This document shows positions 61,940-64,000 of a stretch of DNA of 64,000 nt, piece by piece. Position 1 is the stretch's first letter, and each line of letters starts with the position of its first letter. Under the pieces are notes generated by a model. It saw nothing but the letters and a program-made list of their open reading frames with translations, was not told the DNA's origin and made no database searches. The translations under genes were made by a program, and so were the position numbers. This DNA comes from Octopus sinensis (taxonomy: Eukaryota): positions 1-64,000 of the forward strand of contig NW_021831853.1 in the NCBI RefSeq assembly GCF_006345805.1, given 5' to 3'.

Positions 61940-62347
61940 CTGTTGTCTATGTGTATTCTAGGATCTCGAGCATCCTCCATCGGATTGCGCTCAAATTTGA
62001 TACGTAGATACCGACGGTATCAGGGCATGTATAAGTCTTGAAAAAATTACAAAAATCGATTCCGGGTGAGAATGCGATCGATAAAGCATATTTGTGTGAA
62101 TAAGATCGTTTTTCTTTGGAATAGAAAAAATGTCTATCTTTATTCCTTCTTTTGCTGGTGTCTCAAATTTAGGTTAAACCAGTGTTTCTCAAAGGGGAAG
62201 CCTATGGGATAATCGGACAAGTTGTTTTGATAAAATTTGTTTTGATAATATTTGGTTTAAATGTTTGACAACTCAGCACCGTCCGTTGGACGCGGGGACG
62301 TTTTGCTCGTATATATACGAACAAAATGTATATATATATATATATTA

Positions 62348-62416
<69 letters not shown>

Positions 62417-62429
62417 CATATACACATAT

Positions 62430-62490
<61 letters not shown>

Positions 62491-62564
62491 TATATATATA
62501 TAATATATATCTATATATGGATATAAACACACGCACACACACACACGCAACACAAACAACACAT

Positions 62565-62800
62565 TATAGCCTCAGGCCAACCAATGCCTTGTGAGTGGAT
62601 TTCGTACTCGGAACTGAAAGAAGACTGTCATATATATGTGTATATTTGTGTGTGTGTGTGTTTGTACCCCTACCATTGCTTGACAACCTATGTTGCTGTG
62701 TTTACATTCCCATAACTTAGCGGTTCGGTAAAAGACACTGAAAAATAAGTACTAGGCTTACAAAGAATGGCCGCAATCACATGACTGAAACAAGTAAAAC
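62565..62800 (+). mobile_element. CORE-like SINE family A, 5'-truncated
   Basis: tatagcctcaggccaaccaatgccttgtgagtggattt...cttagcggttcgg...atgactgaaacaagtaaa. Confidence 0.8.
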
Positions 62801-62862
62801 AATATAAAAACTATGCCATTTTAATCCCGAGCAAGGCCGGGGTCTCTTGCTACTGTGTATAT

Positions 62863-62954
<92 letters not shown>

Positions 62955-62957
<3 letters not shown>

Positions 62958-63190
62958 ATTTAGGAATGGTCATTTTGCCAGTTTAGCCAATAAAAACACA
63001 CGCACTATATATTTGGCGTTACTTTGCTTCAGTGTTATTTATTTTTTACGTTAATCTTAATCTTATTTCGACCAGAGTTTTTTCGTCACACTCCTGTGAC
63101 CGCATCAGTGGTCTTTTGTTTTCTTCTTACTTATTTGTGTCTCTCCTTACTAACCGTCAGCCATTTTGTATTTGCACAACAAATATTTAA
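62955..63190 (-). mobile_element. short (about 240 bp) Penelope-type tail element between (TA)n arrays
   Basis: Non-coding island carrying the hammerhead-shaped motif at 63070-63113. Confidence 0.5.
63070..63113 (-). ncRNA. minimal type I hammerhead-ribozyme-like motif (A9 variant)
   Basis: GACCA-CUGAUGC-G-GUCACA.GGAG.UGUGAC-GAAA-AAAC-UC-UGGUC: 5-bp helix I, 6-bp helix II and a CUC site at the expected position. Confidence 0.55.
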
Positions 63191-63192
63191 AC

Positions 63193-63234
<42 letters not shown>

Positions 63235-63236
<2 letters not shown>

Positions 63237-63925
63237 TACTCTTCCTTTCCCCCAAAAGACAAAATCTGACAAGCCTTTCACTTAATTCCTTCCCTTCACC
63301 GACCCTACAACATTGATTCGTATTTCGAATCCAAATGCCAAATAATGCGACAATCCTTCCTGAATCAATGATACCCTCAGTCAGTTGTAGATCTGTAACT
63401 CCGCCAAGCCCCGGCCGTCGATCGCATCAACGAGGGAGTAAGTCGATTATGTTGACTCCAGTACTCAACTGCTACTTATTTTATCGATTCTGAAAAGATG
63501 AAAGCAAATCCGAACGCGGTAGAATTTAAACTTAGAACTAGGCATTTTTCCCGGCGTGTAACGATTCTCCAATCTCAATGCCTTACAGTGTACTGGAGCA
63601 ACACACAGTCTAGTCTGGGAACCGAACTCGTAATCTCATGATTGCAAGCCCGACGATCTGACCACTGAGCCATGTCCCTTCAGTCTAACCTTTTATAGTG
63701 CATCATAAATTGAAGAAATAAACCGACACCTTGCTGATGACTTTCGGGAGAATATTCCAAATACATTACTATGTATTCAACACCACAAACCATTCCATCA
63801 CCCCCATGCCAATATGCAGCATCGTCGAACACCATGGCTCCACTTTCACAAGGAAACAGAGGGAACACCGTTTCATATTCGAACTTGTCACCATGTCACC
63901 GACAGGTGTAAGTGAACATTTTTTC
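63235..63925 (+). mobile_element. Penelope-like remnant interrupted by SINE fragments (about 63425-63580 and 63590-63682)
   Basis: FESKCQIMRQSFLNQ.YP (compare M...F..RGYP) and FNTTNHSI..MPI......RKQREHRFIFELVTMSPTGVSE (compare the GIY-YIG end FN...HS......E...IF.L.T..P.G.NE). Confidence 0.7.
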
Positions 63926-64000
63926 TCTCCATTCCTTAAACCCTTTCATATCTTTCAAACCTCCTCTCTCTTCATCATTTCCCATCTTTCTTTCATGTTT

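Noticed and set aside
62826-62854. Helitron-like 3' end (cccgagcaaggccggg...ctact)
   Set aside because: The hairpin is imperfect, CTAG is not intact and no 5' end was found. A possible HINE remnant near 61940-62310 is also too decayed to call.

Overview
Eukaryotic, AT-rich, gene-poor DNA. No host exon could be supported, so the window is probably intergenic or deep intronic. It is built almost entirely from microsatellites and transposable-element remains. The tRNA-derived SINEs with CORE-like and Nin/Deu-like central domains, together with the very high microsatellite load, resemble an octopus-type cephalopod genome; this is an inference from recalled repeat consensus sequences, not a database result. 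Elements recognised: a hAT/BED transposase remnant, a Ty3/Gypsy pol remnant, a fairly young 5'-truncated L1/Tx1-type LINE and two older relatives, about eight fragments of R4/Dong-like restriction-endonuclease retrotransposons, several Penelope-like remnants, RTE and CR1-type fragments, a full-length but frameshifted mariner with perfect TIRs, several MITE/foldback elements, two Helentron-like non-autonomous copies and about 30 SINE copies or fragments. Leads most worth following: (1) minimal hammerhead-ribozyme-shaped motifs in short Penelope-type tails, best at 63070-63113; (2) an HDV-like ribozyme-shaped fold at the 5' end of a Dong/R4-like element; (3) retroelements apparently partitioned among microsatellite targets (Tx1 in GATA, Dong-like in TAA, RTE in TA), including a non-coding TAA-embedded element of about 550 bp; (4) a non-coding two-block unit present three times, with one 142-bp block identical across 16 kb. 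All family calls come from manual motif recognition and most boundaries are approximate to within tens of bp.
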